Source: an uncultured Actinomycetota bacterium (GTDB taxonomy: Bacteria > Actinomycetota > UBA4738 > HRBIN12). From it: a stretch of 64,000 bases of DNA. The notes beneath the pieces are model-generated. The model did no database searches. It worked only from the letters and a program-made list of their open reading frames with translations, and was not told the DNA's origin. Below, one piece after another: positions 10,266 to 20,996 of the stretch. A program made the translations under genes and the position numbers. Within the stretch, counting starts at the first letter, position 1; each line of letters opens with the position of its first letter. The stretch spans positions 1,061,633 through 1,125,632 of the forward strand of contig CAVZUH010000004.1 of NCBI GenBank assembly GCA_963778505.1. Reading direction: 5' to 3'.

Positions 10266-11156
10266 TCAGCCGATCGGGCCGCGCTCTCCGCGGAGCTCGC
10301 TGGCGATCGCCCGAAGGCGCTCGACGCGAGCCTCGGTCGGGGGGTGCGTCCTGAAGAGGCTCGTGATCCCCCCCGCGCCGCGCGCCTGGAGGGCGTTCAT
10401 CGGGTTCACGATGAACATGTGGGCCTCAGCAGGGCTCACGGTCGCGAGCGGGGGAACCTTCCGCGACGCCTGCTCGAGCTTCAGCAGCGCGCTCGCCAGC
10501 GCGTCCGGGTCCCTGGACAGGAACGCTCCGGACTCGTCGGCCTGGTATTCGCGCGAACGTGTGACGGCCATCTGGATCAGCAGCGCCGCGATGGGGGCGA
10601 GGATCCACGCGAGGAGGAGCCCGAAGATATTGCCGCCGCCCTCATCGTCGCTCCCGCCGAAGAAGAACGCGAACCGGGCAAGGAACGTGATGCTCATCCC
10701 GATCGCCGCGGCGATCGAGGAGATCAGGATGTCCCGGTTGGCCACATGGGACAGCTCGTGTGCGAGGACGCCCCGGAGCTCACGCTCGTCGAGGATCTCC
10801 AGGATGCCTCGGGTCACGGACACCGAGGCGTTCGCCGGGTTCCGGCCTGTGGCGAAGGCGTTCGGCTGCATCATCTCGGAGACGAACAACTTCGGCATCG
10901 GCATGTTCTGCTCGGTCGCGAGTTGTCGCACGATCCGGTAGTAGTCGGGCATCTCCCGCTCGGTGACGGGCTTCGAGCGTGTGGTCTTGATCGCGATCTT
11001 GTCGGAGAACCAGTACATCGCGAAGTTGAAGACCACGGCCAGGACCAGCGCTATCAGCGCTCCGCTCCTGCCCCAGAACGAGCCGATCAGGACGAACAGC
11101 CCGCCCATCGCCGCGATCAGGACCCAGGTCTTCAGCCGGTTGATCCCCGGTGCCAT
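10266..11156 (-). CDS. htpX: Zinc metalloprotease HtpX
   Basis: PNAFATGRNP, HELSH, SREYQAD, THPP. Confidence 0.95.
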   Translation of the reverse strand: MAPGINRLKTWVLIAAMGGLFVLIGSFWGRSGALIALVLAVVFNFAMYWFSDKIAIKTTRSKPVTEREMPDYYRIVRQLATEQNMPMPKLFVSEMMQPNAFATGRNPANASVSVTRGILEILDERELRGVLAHELSHVANRDILISSIAAAIGMSITFLARFAFFFGGSDDEGGGNIFGLLLAWILAPIAALLIQMAVTRSREYQADESGAFLSRDPDALASALLKLEQASRKVPPLATVSPAEAHMFIVNPMNALQARGAGGITSLFRTHPPTEARVERLRAIASELRGERGPIG

Positions 11157-11257
11157 CGTTCATTCCTCCTCTGGGGGGTCGAGCCCCGCGTGTTGCGGTC
11201 GACACCCCGTCAGGACCATGGTCTCACAGCTCTTTCGTTCGATGGGAGGACGCCGGT

Positions 11258-12718
11258 TCAGGCGACGAGCGTGGAGATGTCCGCGAGCCGCGAGAAGGTG
11301 CCGGGCAGGAGGAAGAAGAACAGGAGAGCCGCCATCGACAACCCGACGACGCCCGCGACCAGGACGGGGGTCCGGAAGGGCGTGGTGTCCTTGGCAGGCT
11401 GGAAGATCATCTGACGGGGGACGGCGAGGTAGTAGAAGACGCTCACCACCGAGTTCACGACCATGATCGCGGCCAGCACGGGGCCGATCACGTCGCCTCG
11501 CGCGATCGCCGCGCCGAAGATCAAGATCTTGGCCCAGAAGCCCGCCGCCGGAGGCACGCCGGCCAGCGAGACCATGAAGAACGTCATCCCGACCGCGAGG
11601 AACGGCGCGACCTTGGCGACGCCCGCGAAGTCCGAGAGCAGGAGCCGCGGGCTGCGCTTGCTGAGCGCCACCGCGACCGCGAACGCTCCCAGGTTCATGA
11701 TCCCGTAGATCAAGATGTAGGCGGTCGCGGAGGCGAACGCCTGCTGGTTGAGGATCTGATCGTCCGTGACCAGCGCGAACGGCAGCAAGATGTAGCCCGC
11801 CTGGGCGATCCCCGAGTACGCGAGCAGCCGGACGAACTGCCGCTGCTGCAGCGCCACGAGGTTCCCGATAGACATCGTGGCGACAGACAGGAACGCGAAG
11901 ATCGGCACCCAGAATTCATACTGCCCGATGAAGGCCACGAACATCAGCTGGAGGAGCCCCGCGAAGCCGGCCGCCTTGGATGCAACGGCCAGGAACGCCG
12001 CGACCGGAACCGGCGCGCCCTCATAGGTGTCGGGTGCCCAGAACTGGAAGGGGAACGCGGAGACCTTGAACGCGAAGCCCACGACGACGAACAGGATCGA
12101 AGCCAGGGCCATCGCCTCCTGGGCCGGGGCGAGCTCGCCCAAGGCGGTGGCGATCGCGTCGAGCCTCGTCTCTCCCCCGGTCAGCCCGTAGATCAGGCTC
12201 ATCCCGAACAGCATCACGGCGGTCGACAGGACGCCGATCAGGAAGAACTTCAGGCCGCCCTCGACGCCGGTCACGTCCCATTTGCGGAAGGCCGCCATCA
12301 GGAACCCGGGCGCCGACACGAGCTCCAGCGAGATGAATAGCATCAGCAGGTCGCGCGAGGAAGGCATGAGCAGGCAGCCGAGGAACGACGTCAGGAGCAG
12401 GAAGTAGTACTCGCCTTGGTAGTAGCCGGGCTGGTCGAAGTAGCGGCGCGAAACCGCCAGGACGATCACAGCGGCAGCGAGGAAGAACACCTTGAACAGG
12501 ACGGCGAAGTTATCGACGACGAACGCGCCACCGAAGGTGGCGCGTTCATCGCCGAGGAGCGTGAGGACGGCGCCGAGCGACGCCAGCACGCCCAGGAGAC
12601 CGATCACCATCGACGCCCACTTCAGGCGAGTCGGCAGGAACAGATCGACGACGAGCACGAGCATGATCGTCCCGGCGAGGATCAGCTCCGGCAGGATCGC
12701 GTGATAGTCGACGCTCAC
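11258..12718 (-). CDS. nuoN: Complex I subunit N (reduced cluster)
   Basis: GFAFKVSAFPFQFWAPDTYEGAP, RLLAYSGIAQAG. Confidence 0.95.
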   Translation of the reverse strand: MSVDYHAILPELILAGTIMLVLVVDLFLPTRLKWASMVIGLLGVLASLGAVLTLLGDERATFGGAFVVDNFAVLFKVFFLAAAVIVLAVSRRYFDQPGYYQGEYYFLLLTSFLGCLLMPSSRDLLMLFISLELVSAPGFLMAAFRKWDVTGVEGGLKFFLIGVLSTAVMLFGMSLIYGLTGGETRLDAIATALGELAPAQEAMALASILFVVVGFAFKVSAFPFQFWAPDTYEGAPVPVAAFLAVASKAAGFAGLLQLMFVAFIGQYEFWVPIFAFLSVATMSIGNLVALQQRQFVRLLAYSGIAQAGYILLPFALVTDDQILNQQAFASATAYILIYGIMNLGAFAVAVALSKRSPRLLLSDFAGVAKVAPFLAVGMTFFMVSLAGVPPAAGFWAKILIFGAAIARGDVIGPVLAAIMVVNSVVSVFYYLAVPRQMIFQPAKDTTPFRTPVLVAGVVGLSMAALLFFFLLPGTFSRLADISTLVA

Positions 12719-12725
12719 GCCGCGG

Positions 12726-14267
12726 TCAGCCTCCCTGCCCCAGGACAGCCATGATGCCGCTCACGGCCTCCTCGCTGATGCCGAAAATCAGGCGCGGGAA
12801 CAGGCCGAGCGCGAGGATCAGCACCAGCAGTGGCGTCCAGGACAACCACTCGACGCTGTGGATGTCACCCAGCGTGTGCTCGTTCCAGCGCTCGGGCATC
12901 GAGCCCATGTTCACGCGCTGCAGCATCCACAGGAAGTAGCCCGCCGTGAGGATCGTCCCGATCCCCCCTGCGACCATGAGCCCTCGGAACAGGCCGACGT
13001 AGTCGCCCAGGAGCGCCTCGTTCGGCTGGAACGAGGAGAGCAGAGCCATCACCTCACCCCAGAACCCGGCGAGCCCGGGGAGACCGAGGGAGGCGATCGC
13101 GACGAACGCGAACACGCCGGCGAGCTTCGGCATCCGTTGCGCCATGCCGCCGCCGATCTCCGCGATCTGCCTGGTGTGGTACCGGTCGTAGATCGAACCG
13201 ACACAGAAGAAGAGCATCCCGGTGATGACGCCGTGGGCGACCATGCCGAAGACCGCCGCCTGGATCCCGATCTCGGTGAGCGTGGCGATGCCGAGCATCA
13301 CGAAGCCCATGTGCCCGACCGAGGAGAACGCGATCAACCGTTTCAGATCCCGCTGCGCCAGACACGCGAGCGCGGCGTACACGATCGCGATCGCCGCGAG
13401 GACCCCGATCCAGGGGGCGTAGGCCTGAGCGCCCTCCGGAAGCACCGGAAGGGCGATCCGGATGAAGCCGTACGTTCCCATCTTCAGCATGATCCCGGCC
13501 AGCAGCACGGAGCCGATCGTGGGTGCCTCGGTATGGGCGTCGGGCAGCCACGTGTGGAACGGCCACATCGGGACCTTGATCGCGAACCCGAGGGCGACGG
13601 CGCCGAAGACGATCAGCTGGAACGCGTGCGCGTAGCCGCCGCCCGCTCCGAACTCGGTGAGCTTCACGAGATCGAACGTGTGCGGCTCCGGGCCGTTGAA
13701 GTAAAGCGCCAGGAAGCCCAGCAGCATGAACACGGAGCCGAAGAGCGTGTAGAGGAAGAACTTGATCGCGGCGTACTCGCGGTTCGCCGACCCCCAGATC
13801 CCGATCAGGAAGTACATCGGGACCAGCACCATCTCCCAGAAGACGAAGAACAGGATCAGGTCGAAGGCGATGAACGTGCCCGCCATCCCTGTCTCGAGCA
13901 GCAGCATCAACGCAAGGAACGCCTTCGTGCGTCCGGGGTCGGGGACGAACCGCCACGTGTAGACGGCGCACAGGAACGACAGCAGGAAGGTCAACACGTA
14001 GAGCGGCATCGAGATCCCGTCGATGCCGACGTGGTACCGAGCGCCGATCGCAGAGATCCAATCCACGTCGAGCTCGTACTGGAGGCCGTCCGTCCCGTAG
14101 TCGAACCCGATCGCCATGGCTACCGACAAGAGCAACGCGGCGCCGGTGAACAGGATGCCGAGGCCGCGGACCATCCGTTCGCGGTCCCTCGGCACGAAGA
14201 GGATCACCAGCGCACCGAGGATCGGCAGCAGGGTGGTGATCGTGATCGCCGAGCTGTCCCAGGTCAT
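12726..14267 (-). CDS. nuoM: Complex I subunit M (reduced cluster)
   Basis: KVPMWPFHTWLPDAHTEAP, KRLIAFSSVGH. Confidence 0.95.
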   Translation of the reverse strand: MTWDSSAITITTLLPILGALVILFVPRDRERMVRGLGILFTGAALLLSVAMAIGFDYGTDGLQYELDVDWISAIGARYHVGIDGISMPLYVLTFLLSFLCAVYTWRFVPDPGRTKAFLALMLLLETGMAGTFIAFDLILFFVFWEMVLVPMYFLIGIWGSANREYAAIKFFLYTLFGSVFMLLGFLALYFNGPEPHTFDLVKLTEFGAGGGYAHAFQLIVFGAVALGFAIKVPMWPFHTWLPDAHTEAPTIGSVLLAGIMLKMGTYGFIRIALPVLPEGAQAYAPWIGVLAAIAIVYAALACLAQRDLKRLIAFSSVGHMGFVMLGIATLTEIGIQAAVFGMVAHGVITGMLFFCVGSIYDRYHTRQIAEIGGGMAQRMPKLAGVFAFVAIASLGLPGLAGFWGEVMALLSSFQPNEALLGDYVGLFRGLMVAGGIGTILTAGYFLWMLQRVNMGSMPERWNEHTLGDIHSVEWLSWTPLLVLILALGLFPRLIFGISEEAVSGIMAVLGQGG

Positions 14268-14277
14268 CTCACACTCC

Positions 14278-16248
14278 CTACGCCGTCTGAACGAACACGA
14301 TCGTCAACGCCACGACGCCGGCGAACAGCAGCACCGCGTACCACTGGACGTTGCCTGTTTGCAGGTACTTGAGCAGGCCTCCGGTCGCGCTGGTCAGGCC
14401 CCCGATAGCGTTCACCAGGCCGTCGACGAAAGTGCGGTCGATCCAGCTCACGAACGTCGCGAGGCCGCGCGTCACCCATGCGGCGCCGTTCACCACTCCG
14501 TCCAGAACGTGCTGGTTGGTCCAGTACACGGCGGCGGAGAGCCGGTCTCGAACCGGGTAGACGATATCCCGCATATAGAAGTCGTCGATGTAGTAGCGGT
14601 GCTGGAGCAGGCTCCACGCACGAGGGAACGCCATGAGCGGGTCCCGCTCACGGCGTTCCCGATAGAGCGGATACCCGATCAGGATCCCGGCGGCAGCCGC
14701 GAGCGTGCCGACGATCCCGACCCACAGGACGAACTCCGCCTCGTGTGGATGCTCGAAAAACACCCAGTCCCCGAACACGCCGCCGAGCTGGGGAGCGCCC
14801 AGGAACCCAGCCACGACCGAGGCGCCGGCGAGCGCTACGAGCGGACCGGTCATGACCGCGGGCGACTCGTGCGGATGCGCCTGGCCGCGGTAGGTCCCGA
14901 AGAAGGTCAGCAGGACGCACCGGGTCATGTAGAACGCCGTCATCACGGCGACGGCGAGCAGGACGAAGAAGAGCCACTGCCTCTCCTCCCAGGCGCCCAC
15001 AAGGAGCTCGTCCTTCGACCAGAAGCCGGCGAGTGGGAACACGCCCGCGAGCGCGGCGGAGCCGATCAGGAACGTCCAGAACGTGACGGGCATCTCGTCC
15101 TTGATGCCACCCATGTCGCTCATGTTGTTCGAATGGACCGCGTGGATCACGGACCCCGCGCCGAGGAACAGCAGTGCCTTGAAGAACGCGTGCGTGAACA
15201 GATGGAAGAAGCCCGCGGTGACACCGACAGGTCCGAGCGAGAGGCCAGCCACCATGTAGGCGAGCTGCGACAGCGTCGAGTACGCGAGGACCCGCTTGAT
15301 GTCGTCTTGCACGAAGGCCAGGAACGCGGCACCGAGCGCCGTGATCGCGGCGACCACGCTCACGATCGTCAGGACGAAGGGGTCGGCGAGGACGAAGACC
15401 TCGAACAGCCTCCCGACCAGGTAGACGCCCGCGGCCACCATCGTGGCGGCGTGGATCAGGGCCGAGACCGGCGTCGGGCCGGCCATCGCGTCCGGCAGCC
15501 AGACGTGGAGCGGGAACTGGGCGGACTTGCCGATGGCCCCGCCGAAGAGCAGCAGGGCCGCGGCCGTGACGAGCGCCGACGAGGTCCCCGGTCCCGCTAT
15601 CGTCTCGCCGATCTCGGCGATGTTCGTCGTGGTGAAGCCGGTGGCGAAGATCAGGGCGAAGATCCCGAACATGAACGGAACGTCGCCGATGCGGGTGGTG
15701 ATGAACGCCTTGATCGCCGCGCTCGAGTTCTCGTGCTCTTCGTACCAATGGCCGATCAGCAGGTAGGAGCACACGCCCATGATCTCCCAACCGACCAGGA
15801 GCATCAGCAGGTTGTTCGCGATCACGACGGTGAGCATCGCGCCGGTGAACAGGGACAGCACGACGTAGAACCAGGTGAACCGGACATCGCCGTGCATGTA
15901 GCCCAGCGAGTACACGTGGACGGCGAGCGACACCGCCGTCACGACCACCAGCATCACCGCGGTCAGGCCGTCGACGTATTGGCCGATCTCGACGTGCAGC
16001 AGCCCGATCGTGAACCACTCGATGCCCTCGGGGGCGTACACCCCGCCCCCGGTCACGAAGTGCCATAGCACCGCGAGCGAGATCACGAACCCGGCGGCCA
16101 TCGCTGTGATGCCGTAGACCGCGCCCTGTCCCGGCGTGCGTTTCCCGAAGAACAGCGTCAGGACGGCCGCGATGAACGGCAGCAGGGCGATCACCCACGC
16201 GTATTGGATGGCGCCGGTCGCAGCCGCGGTCGACTCCGCCGCTACCAC
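14278..16248 (-). CDS. nuoL: Complex I subunit L (reduced cluster)
   Basis: [32 protein letters not shown]. Confidence 0.95.
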   Translation of the reverse strand: MVAAESTAAATGAIQYAWVIALLPFIAAVLTLFFGKRTPGQGAVYGITAMAAGFVISLAVLWHFVTGGGVYAPEGIEWFTIGLLHVEIGQYVDGLTAVMLVVVTAVSLAVHVYSLGYMHGDVRFTWFYVVLSLFTGAMLTVVIANNLLMLLVGWEIMGVCSYLLIGHWYEEHENSSAAIKAFITTRIGDVPFMFGIFALIFATGFTTTNIAEIGETIAGPGTSSALVTAAALLLFGGAIGKSAQFPLHVWLPDAMAGPTPVSALIHAATMVAAGVYLVGRLFEVFVLADPFVLTIVSVVAAITALGAAFLAFVQDDIKRVLAYSTLSQLAYMVAGLSLGPVGVTAGFFHLFTHAFFKALLFLGAGSVIHAVHSNNMSDMGGIKDEMPVTFWTFLIGSAALAGVFPLAGFWSKDELLVGAWEERQWLFFVLLAVAVMTAFYMTRCVLLTFFGTYRGQAHPHESPAVMTGPLVALAGASVVAGFLGAPQLGGVFGDWVFFEHPHEAEFVLWVGIVGTLAAAAGILIGYPLYRERRERDPLMAFPRAWSLLQHRYYIDDFYMRDIVYPVRDRLSAAVYWTNQHVLDGVVNGAAWVTRGLATFVSWIDRTFVDGLVNAIGGLTSATGGLLKYLQTGNVQWYAVLLFAGVVALTIVFVQTA

Positions 16249-16544
16249 TTGAGGAGGCTCACCTCGTCCACGTTGATCGAGGCACGGTTCCTGAACAGCA
16301 GGATCACGATCGCGAGTCCGATCCCGACCTCGGCTGCCGCGACCGCGATCACGAAGAGCGCGAAGATCTGGCCTCCCACGTCGTGGAGCGACGACGAGAA
16401 CGCGACCAGGTTCACGTTCACCGCGTTCAGCATCAGCTCGATCGCCATCAGGACCATGACAGCGTTCCGGCGGGCGAGGACGCCGTAGACGCCCGCCGAG
16501 AACAACAGCGCCGAGAAGAGCAGCACGAGGGGCAGCCGGATCAC
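16242..16544 (-). CDS. nuoK: Complex I subunit K (reduced cluster)
   Basis: [26 protein letters not shown]. Confidence 0.95.
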   Translation of the reverse strand: MIRLPLVLLFSALLFSAGVYGVLARRNAVMVLMAIELMLNAVNVNLVAFSSSLHDVGGQIFALFVIAVAAAEVGIGLAIVILLFRNRASINVDEVSLLKW

Positions 16545-16545
16545 G

Positions 16546-17046
16546 TCAGTTCCCTTCGTCCTTGCGCGCGAGCACGATCGCGCCGATCAAGGCCGCGAGC
16601 AGCAGGAACGAGATCGCTTCGAAGGGGAGCACGTAGTCGCGGAACATCGACTCGCCCACCGATTCTGTGGTCGACCGGAAGACCTCGAACTGCTCCGAGT
16701 CGAGCGGGAAGGCTTCCTGGATCAGGAAGACGAGCCCCGCGAACACACCGAGGGCCACGAGCGCCCCGAGCCACCGGCGGTTGTTGTCCAGGGTGTCCCG
16801 GCCGATGGGCGCCTTCGTGAGCATCAGACCGAACAGGAAGAGGATCACGATCGCGCCGACGTAGATCAGGATCTGCACCCAGCCGGCGAACTCGGCCCCC
16901 AGCAGCAGGAACGTCGCGCCGACCGACAGGAGGGCGACGACCAGGTAGAGCGCGGCGTGCACCACGTTCCGCGCCGTCACGACCGCGATCGCGCTGATCG
17001 AGCCCACCGCGGCGATCACGGCGAACGCGTACTCCTGGGCCGTCAC
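16546..17046 (-). CDS. nuoJ: Complex I subunit J (reduced cluster)
   Basis: [30 protein letters not shown]; GTG start overlapping the nuoI stop. Confidence 0.92.
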   Translation of the reverse strand: MTAQEYAFAVIAAVGSISAIAVVTARNVVHAALYLVVALLSVGATFLLLGAEFAGWVQILIYVGAIVILFLFGLMLTKAPIGRDTLDNNRRWLGALVALGVFAGLVFLIQEAFPLDSEQFEVFRSTTESVGESMFRDYVLPFEAISFLLLAALIGAIVLARKDEGN

Positions 17047-17546
17047 GAAGCCTGTTCCTCCGCGGGCTCCGCGCCCTCCTCCAGAGCCGGCGGTGGCAAG
17101 ACCGTGTACGTCCAGTCTTCCAGCCGCTCTTTCTCGTGCGTCATCAGATCGATGTTGTACTCGCCGTACTCGAACTCCGGGCTCCAGAACAAGGCATCGA
17201 ACGGACACACCTCGACACAGATCCCGCAGTACATGCACAGCGCGTAGTCGATGGCGAAGCGATCGAGGACCTTCTGAGACCGGGCGCGGCCCCCGCCCGC
17301 CGGATCGTGGGTCTCCTTGTGGGCGTCGATGTAGATGCACCAGTCCGGGCATTCGCGCGAGCACTTGTAGCAGACCGTGCAGTTGGCCTCCTTGAGGGCG
17401 ATCACGCCGCGCGTCCGCGCGGGGAGGTCGGGCTTGACGTGCGGGTATTGCTGCGTGACGGCGGGCTGAAGCATCGTCTTCAGCGTGACCGACAGCCCCT
17501 TCGCGAGTCCGAGACCGGTCCCCCGCTTCCGCTTCTGCTCGGCCAT
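17043..17546 (-). CDS. nuoI: Complex I subunit I (reduced cluster)
   Basis: [12 protein letters not shown] and [12 protein letters not shown]. Confidence 0.95.
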   Translation of the reverse strand: MAEQKRKRGTGLGLAKGLSVTLKTMLQPAVTQQYPHVKPDLPARTRGVIALKEANCTVCYKCSRECPDWCIYIDAHKETHDPAGGGRARSQKVLDRFAIDYALCMYCGICVEVCPFDALFWSPEFEYGEYNIDLMTHEKERLEDWTYTVLPPPALEEGAEPAEEQAS

Positions 17547-18554
17547 CTAGAACGCCACCTTCGCCACGGCCACACCCATGATCAAGGCAAGGGAGAGCGG
17601 GATCAGCACCAGCCAAGAGAAGCGCTGGAGCTGATCCTCTCTCAGACGCGGGTAGGTCGCCCGCAGCCAGATGAAGAAGAAGGCCAGGGCCCCGATCTTG
17701 CCCATCATCATCAGCACGCCGGGGATCGGGATGCCCGGAAGCGGCTGATAGCCGCCCAGGTAGAGGACCGCGGCGATCCCCGAGAAGGCGACGATGCCGC
17801 CGTACTCCGCGAGCAGGAAGAAGGCGAACTTCAGGCCCGTGTACTCGGTGTAGGCGCCGAAGATGATCTCGGAGTCGGCGATCGGCATGTCGAACGGCGG
17901 CCGCTGGAGCTCCGCGAACGCGGCCGTCATGAAGATCAGGAACCCGGGGAGCTGCGGGATGATGAACCACAGCTGCTCCTGCGCCTCGGCGATCCCGACC
18001 ATCGACAGCGTGCCTGCCTGCATCACCACCGCGGCGGCGGCGATCACGAGCGGCAGCTCGTAGGCGATGAGCTGCGCGGCCGCGCGGAGCGCTCCGATCA
18101 GCGAGAACTTGTTCGCCGAGGACCAGCCGGCCATCATGATCCCGATCACGGAGACGCTGGACATCGCCAGCACGAAGAAGATCCCGACGTCGAGGTTCTC
18201 CGCGAACACCGAGTCGCTGAGCGGCAGCACCACCAGGATCGCGATGTACGGGATCATCGCCACCGCGGGCGCGAGCGAGAAGACGTTGCGGTCGGCGGCG
18301 GCGGGAACCACGTCCTCCTTCTGTATGAACTTGACGCCGTCGGCCACCAACTGGGCCCATCCGTGGAACCGCCCCGCCTCCATCGGCCCGAGCCTGGCCT
18401 GCATGTGCGCGAGGCCCTTGTGCTCGATGTAGCCGATCCCGAGCGGGACCACGAGGAAGAACCCCATCACGGCGATCGTCTTCAACAGCAGGACGAGCCA
18501 GAAGTTCGAGAACGCCTCCTCGGCGATCGAGACGCCGGTCTCGGCGAGGATCAC
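17547..18554 (-). CDS. nuoH: Complex I subunit H (reduced cluster)
   Basis: MQARLGP, ADGVKFIQKE, RPPFDMPIADSE, RATYPR. Confidence 0.95.
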   Translation of the reverse strand: MILAETGVSIAEEAFSNFWLVLLLKTIAVMGFFLVVPLGIGYIEHKGLAHMQARLGPMEAGRFHGWAQLVADGVKFIQKEDVVPAAADRNVFSLAPAVAMIPYIAILVVLPLSDSVFAENLDVGIFFVLAMSSVSVIGIMMAGWSSANKFSLIGALRAAAQLIAYELPLVIAAAAVVMQAGTLSMVGIAEAQEQLWFIIPQLPGFLIFMTAAFAELQRPPFDMPIADSEIIFGAYTEYTGLKFAFFLLAEYGGIVAFSGIAAVLYLGGYQPLPGIPIPGVLMMMGKIGALAFFFIWLRATYPRLREDQLQRFSWLVLIPLSLALIMGVAVAKVAF

Positions 18555-19072
18555 TCGTCGTCCTCCACGGGCTCGCCTTCGACGAGACCCGGCCACGGCT
18601 TGGCCTCGCGGCTCATCAGCGGGAAGTCCTTGCGGAGCGGCTGGCCTTCGAACGGCTCGGAGAGCAGGAGCTTCACGGGCTTGGGGTGGCCCTCGAACCG
18701 GATCCCGAACATCTCCCGGGTCTCGCGCTCGTGCCAGTCCGACGTGGGGAACAGGTCGGAGACCGTCGGGCAGGTCGGGTCCTCGTGCGGCAGCCGCACC
18801 TTGATGCGCACGTGGTGGTGATGCGAGAGCGAGTACAGGTGGGTGACCACCTCGAATCCCCGGTCCGGCCCGAAGTCGACGCCGCCCGTGAAGTCGCAGT
18901 AGGTGCAGTCGAACTCGGGCTCGTCACGGAGGAACCGGCAGACGTCCCGGTAGCGCTCCGCGCTGACGGTCGCGACGGCGTGGCCGTGCTGCACCTCGAA
19001 GGCGAGGATGTCCTGGCCGAACCGCGCCCGGAGGCGCGATTCCACGTCCTCAGGAGACAGCGCTGTGGCCAC
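18551..19072 (-). CDS. nuoC: Complex I subunit C (reduced cluster)
   Basis: [26 protein letters not shown]. Confidence 0.95.
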   Translation of the reverse strand: MATALSPEDVESRLRARFGQDILAFEVQHGHAVATVSAERYRDVCRFLRDEPEFDCTYCDFTGGVDFGPDRGFEVVTHLYSLSHHHHVRIKVRLPHEDPTCPTVSDLFPTSDWHERETREMFGIRFEGHPKPVKLLLSEPFEGQPLRKDFPLMSREAKPWPGLVEGEPVEDDE

Positions 19073-19556
19073 TCGCCCACTTCTCCTGGATGTCCTCGTC
19101 CTTGATCTTCTCCTGCAGCTTCACGATCCCGTGGAGCAAGGCTTCGGGCCGGGGCGGGCAACCGGGTACGTAGACGTCGACGGGGACGATCTGGTCGACA
19201 CCCTTGGTGACGGAGTACGAGTCCCAGTACGGGCCGCCGCAGTTGGAGCAGGAGCCGAACGAGATCACATATTTCGGGTCGGGGATCTGGTCGTAGACGC
19301 GCTTGAGAGCGGGCGCCATCTTGTCGGTCAGGGTCCCTGCCACGACGAGGAGGTCCGCCTGGCGCGGGCCGTGGGCGAAGGGGATCACGCCCAGGCGGAT
19401 GAAGTCATGCTTGGAGGTGGAGGTGGCGATCAGCTCGATCGCGCAGCAGGCGAGGCCGAAGTTCATGACCCAGAGGGAGTAGCGACGACCCCAGTTGAGC
19501 AGGAACTTCACGGGCTGGATCTTGGGAAGCGGCGTCTTCTCGGTGATCAGGCCCAT
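19050..19556 (-). CDS. nuoB: Complex I subunit B (reduced cluster)
   Basis: [27 protein letters not shown]. Confidence 0.95.
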   Translation of the reverse strand: MGLITEKTPLPKIQPVKFLLNWGRRYSLWVMNFGLACCAIELIATSTSKHDFIRLGVIPFAHGPRQADLLVVAGTLTDKMAPALKRVYDQIPDPKYVISFGSCSNCGGPYWDSYSVTKGVDQIVPVDVYVPGCPPRPEALLHGIVKLQEKIKDEDIQEKWASGHSAVS

Positions 19557-19912
19557 CGGACGACCCCCTTGCGCCACGCGTAGAGGAGCCCGGTGGCGAG
19601 GATCCCGATGAAGATGCCCATCTCGACCACCGCGGCCCAGCCGAGACTCTCGAAGACCCGTGCCCAGGGGAAGAGGAAGACGGCCTCGACGTCGAAGATC
19701 ACGAAGAGGAACCCGAACACGTAGTAGCGGATCTGGCTCTGCGACCAGCCTTCGCCGACGGGATCGATGCCGCACTCGTACGTGGTGAGCTTCTCGGGGC
19801 TTGGGCGGTGGGGAGCGATCAGGCGAGCGGCGGTGAACGCCACGGCGACGAGGATGGCTCCGGCGGCCACGACCGCCAGCACGACACCGTAGGACGAGTA
19901 GTAGTCAGGCAC
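19547..19912 (-). CDS. nuoA: Complex I subunit A (reduced cluster)
   Basis: [19 protein letters not shown]; GTG at 19912 preferred over the ORF-track start at 19948. Confidence 0.93.
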   Translation of the reverse strand: MPDYYSSYGVVLAVVAAGAILVAVAFTAARLIAPHRPSPEKLTTYECGIDPVGEGWSQSQIRYYVFGFLFVIFDVEAVFLFPWARVFESLGWAAVVEMGIFIGILATGLLYAWRKGVVRWA

Positions 19913-19914
19913 GC

Positions 19915-19932
19915 TTGTGAAAGTCTTCCCGA
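19915..19932. promoter_or_regulatory. Putative Rex operator TTGTGAAAGTCTTCCCGA
   Basis: 2 mismatches to TTGTGAA-N4-TTCACAA; immediately upstream of nuoA of the reduced cluster. Confidence 0.6.
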
Positions 19933-19969
19933 GCGCGGATCCTAGCATGATCCATTCGGGGGCCCTCCA

Positions 19970-20977
19970 TCAGACTCCATCCGCTCCACAGCGCGCCGAA
20001 AGGAAGCCCGCGAGCTGCACCAAGGCGTGCTGTGCGGGGCCTCGCGGGAGCCGCTCGACCAGGGCGATCGCGTGCCCGACCTCGTCGCGGACGGCCCTCC
20101 GAGCGTGCTCGATCGAGTCGCCGTCCGCGACGATCTCGAGCGCGCGGTCGAGGAGCTGGCCGTGCGCGCCCGTGGAGAGGATCCGAGCCAGCTCGTCCCG
20201 GTGCGGGGAGGACTGGAGCGCGTGGATGACCGGCAGCGTGTAGACGCCCTCCTTGAGATCCACGCCGGGCTCCTTGCCCAGCTCGAGCTGGCTCGAGGTG
20301 AGGTCCATGATGTCGTCCGAGAGCTGGAAGGCGAGGCCGAGCGACTCTCCGAAGGCATCGAGGATCTCGACGTCCTCGGCGGGGGCGTCGGACATCATCG
20401 CCCCGAGGCGGCACGACGCTGCGATCAGCGCGCCCGTCTTCCGACGGATCACCTCGAGGTAGTTGGCCTCCGTCTGGTCGAGCCTCCGGGAGGTGTCCAC
20501 CTCGCGGATCTGTCCGTCGCAGAGCACGGCGATCGTCTGCGCGAGGATGCGGCAGACGTCGGGACCGAGGTCGGCACCGACCTCCGATGCGCGGGCGAAC
20601 AGGTAGTCCCCCGTGAGGATCGCCACGGTGTTGTCCCAGCGGACGTTCGCGGCGGGGACCCCGTGCCGGGACTCGGCCTCGTCGATCACGTCGTCGTGGT
20701 ACAGCGTCGCCACGTGGACGAGCTCGAGCGACACCGAGGCGGGGATGAGGCGAGGGTCGGTGGGGTCGCCGAAGTAGCCGGCGAGGAGGGCGAGCATCGG
20801 GCGGAACCGCTTCCCACCCGCCGCGAGCAGGTAATTCGCTGTCGCGGACAGAAGCTCCGAGTCGGCCTCTTCCAGTGCCTTGCGGAGGGCCTCCTCCACG
20901 CGGTCGAGCCGCGTCCGGATCTCCGATTCCAGGGCGGCATCGGGAGGCTCCAGGCCCGGGATCACTCGGCGGCTCAT
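19970..20977 (-). CDS. Long-chain polyprenyl diphosphate synthase (menaquinone side chain)
   Basis: GGKRFRP, VATLYHDDVID (small residue at -5), FQLSDD. Confidence 0.92.
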   Translation of the reverse strand: MSRRVIPGLEPPDAALESEIRTRLDRVEEALRKALEEADSELLSATANYLLAAGGKRFRPMLALLAGYFGDPTDPRLIPASVSLELVHVATLYHDDVIDEAESRHGVPAANVRWDNTVAILTGDYLFARASEVGADLGPDVCRILAQTIAVLCDGQIREVDTSRRLDQTEANYLEVIRRKTGALIAASCRLGAMMSDAPAEDVEILDAFGESLGLAFQLSDDIMDLTSSQLELGKEPGVDLKEGVYTLPVIHALQSSPHRDELARILSTGAHGQLLDRALEIVADGDSIEHARRAVRDEVGHAIALVERLPRGPAQHALVQLAGFLSARCGADGV

Positions 20978-20996
20978 GCCCGTACCTCCATCCTGC

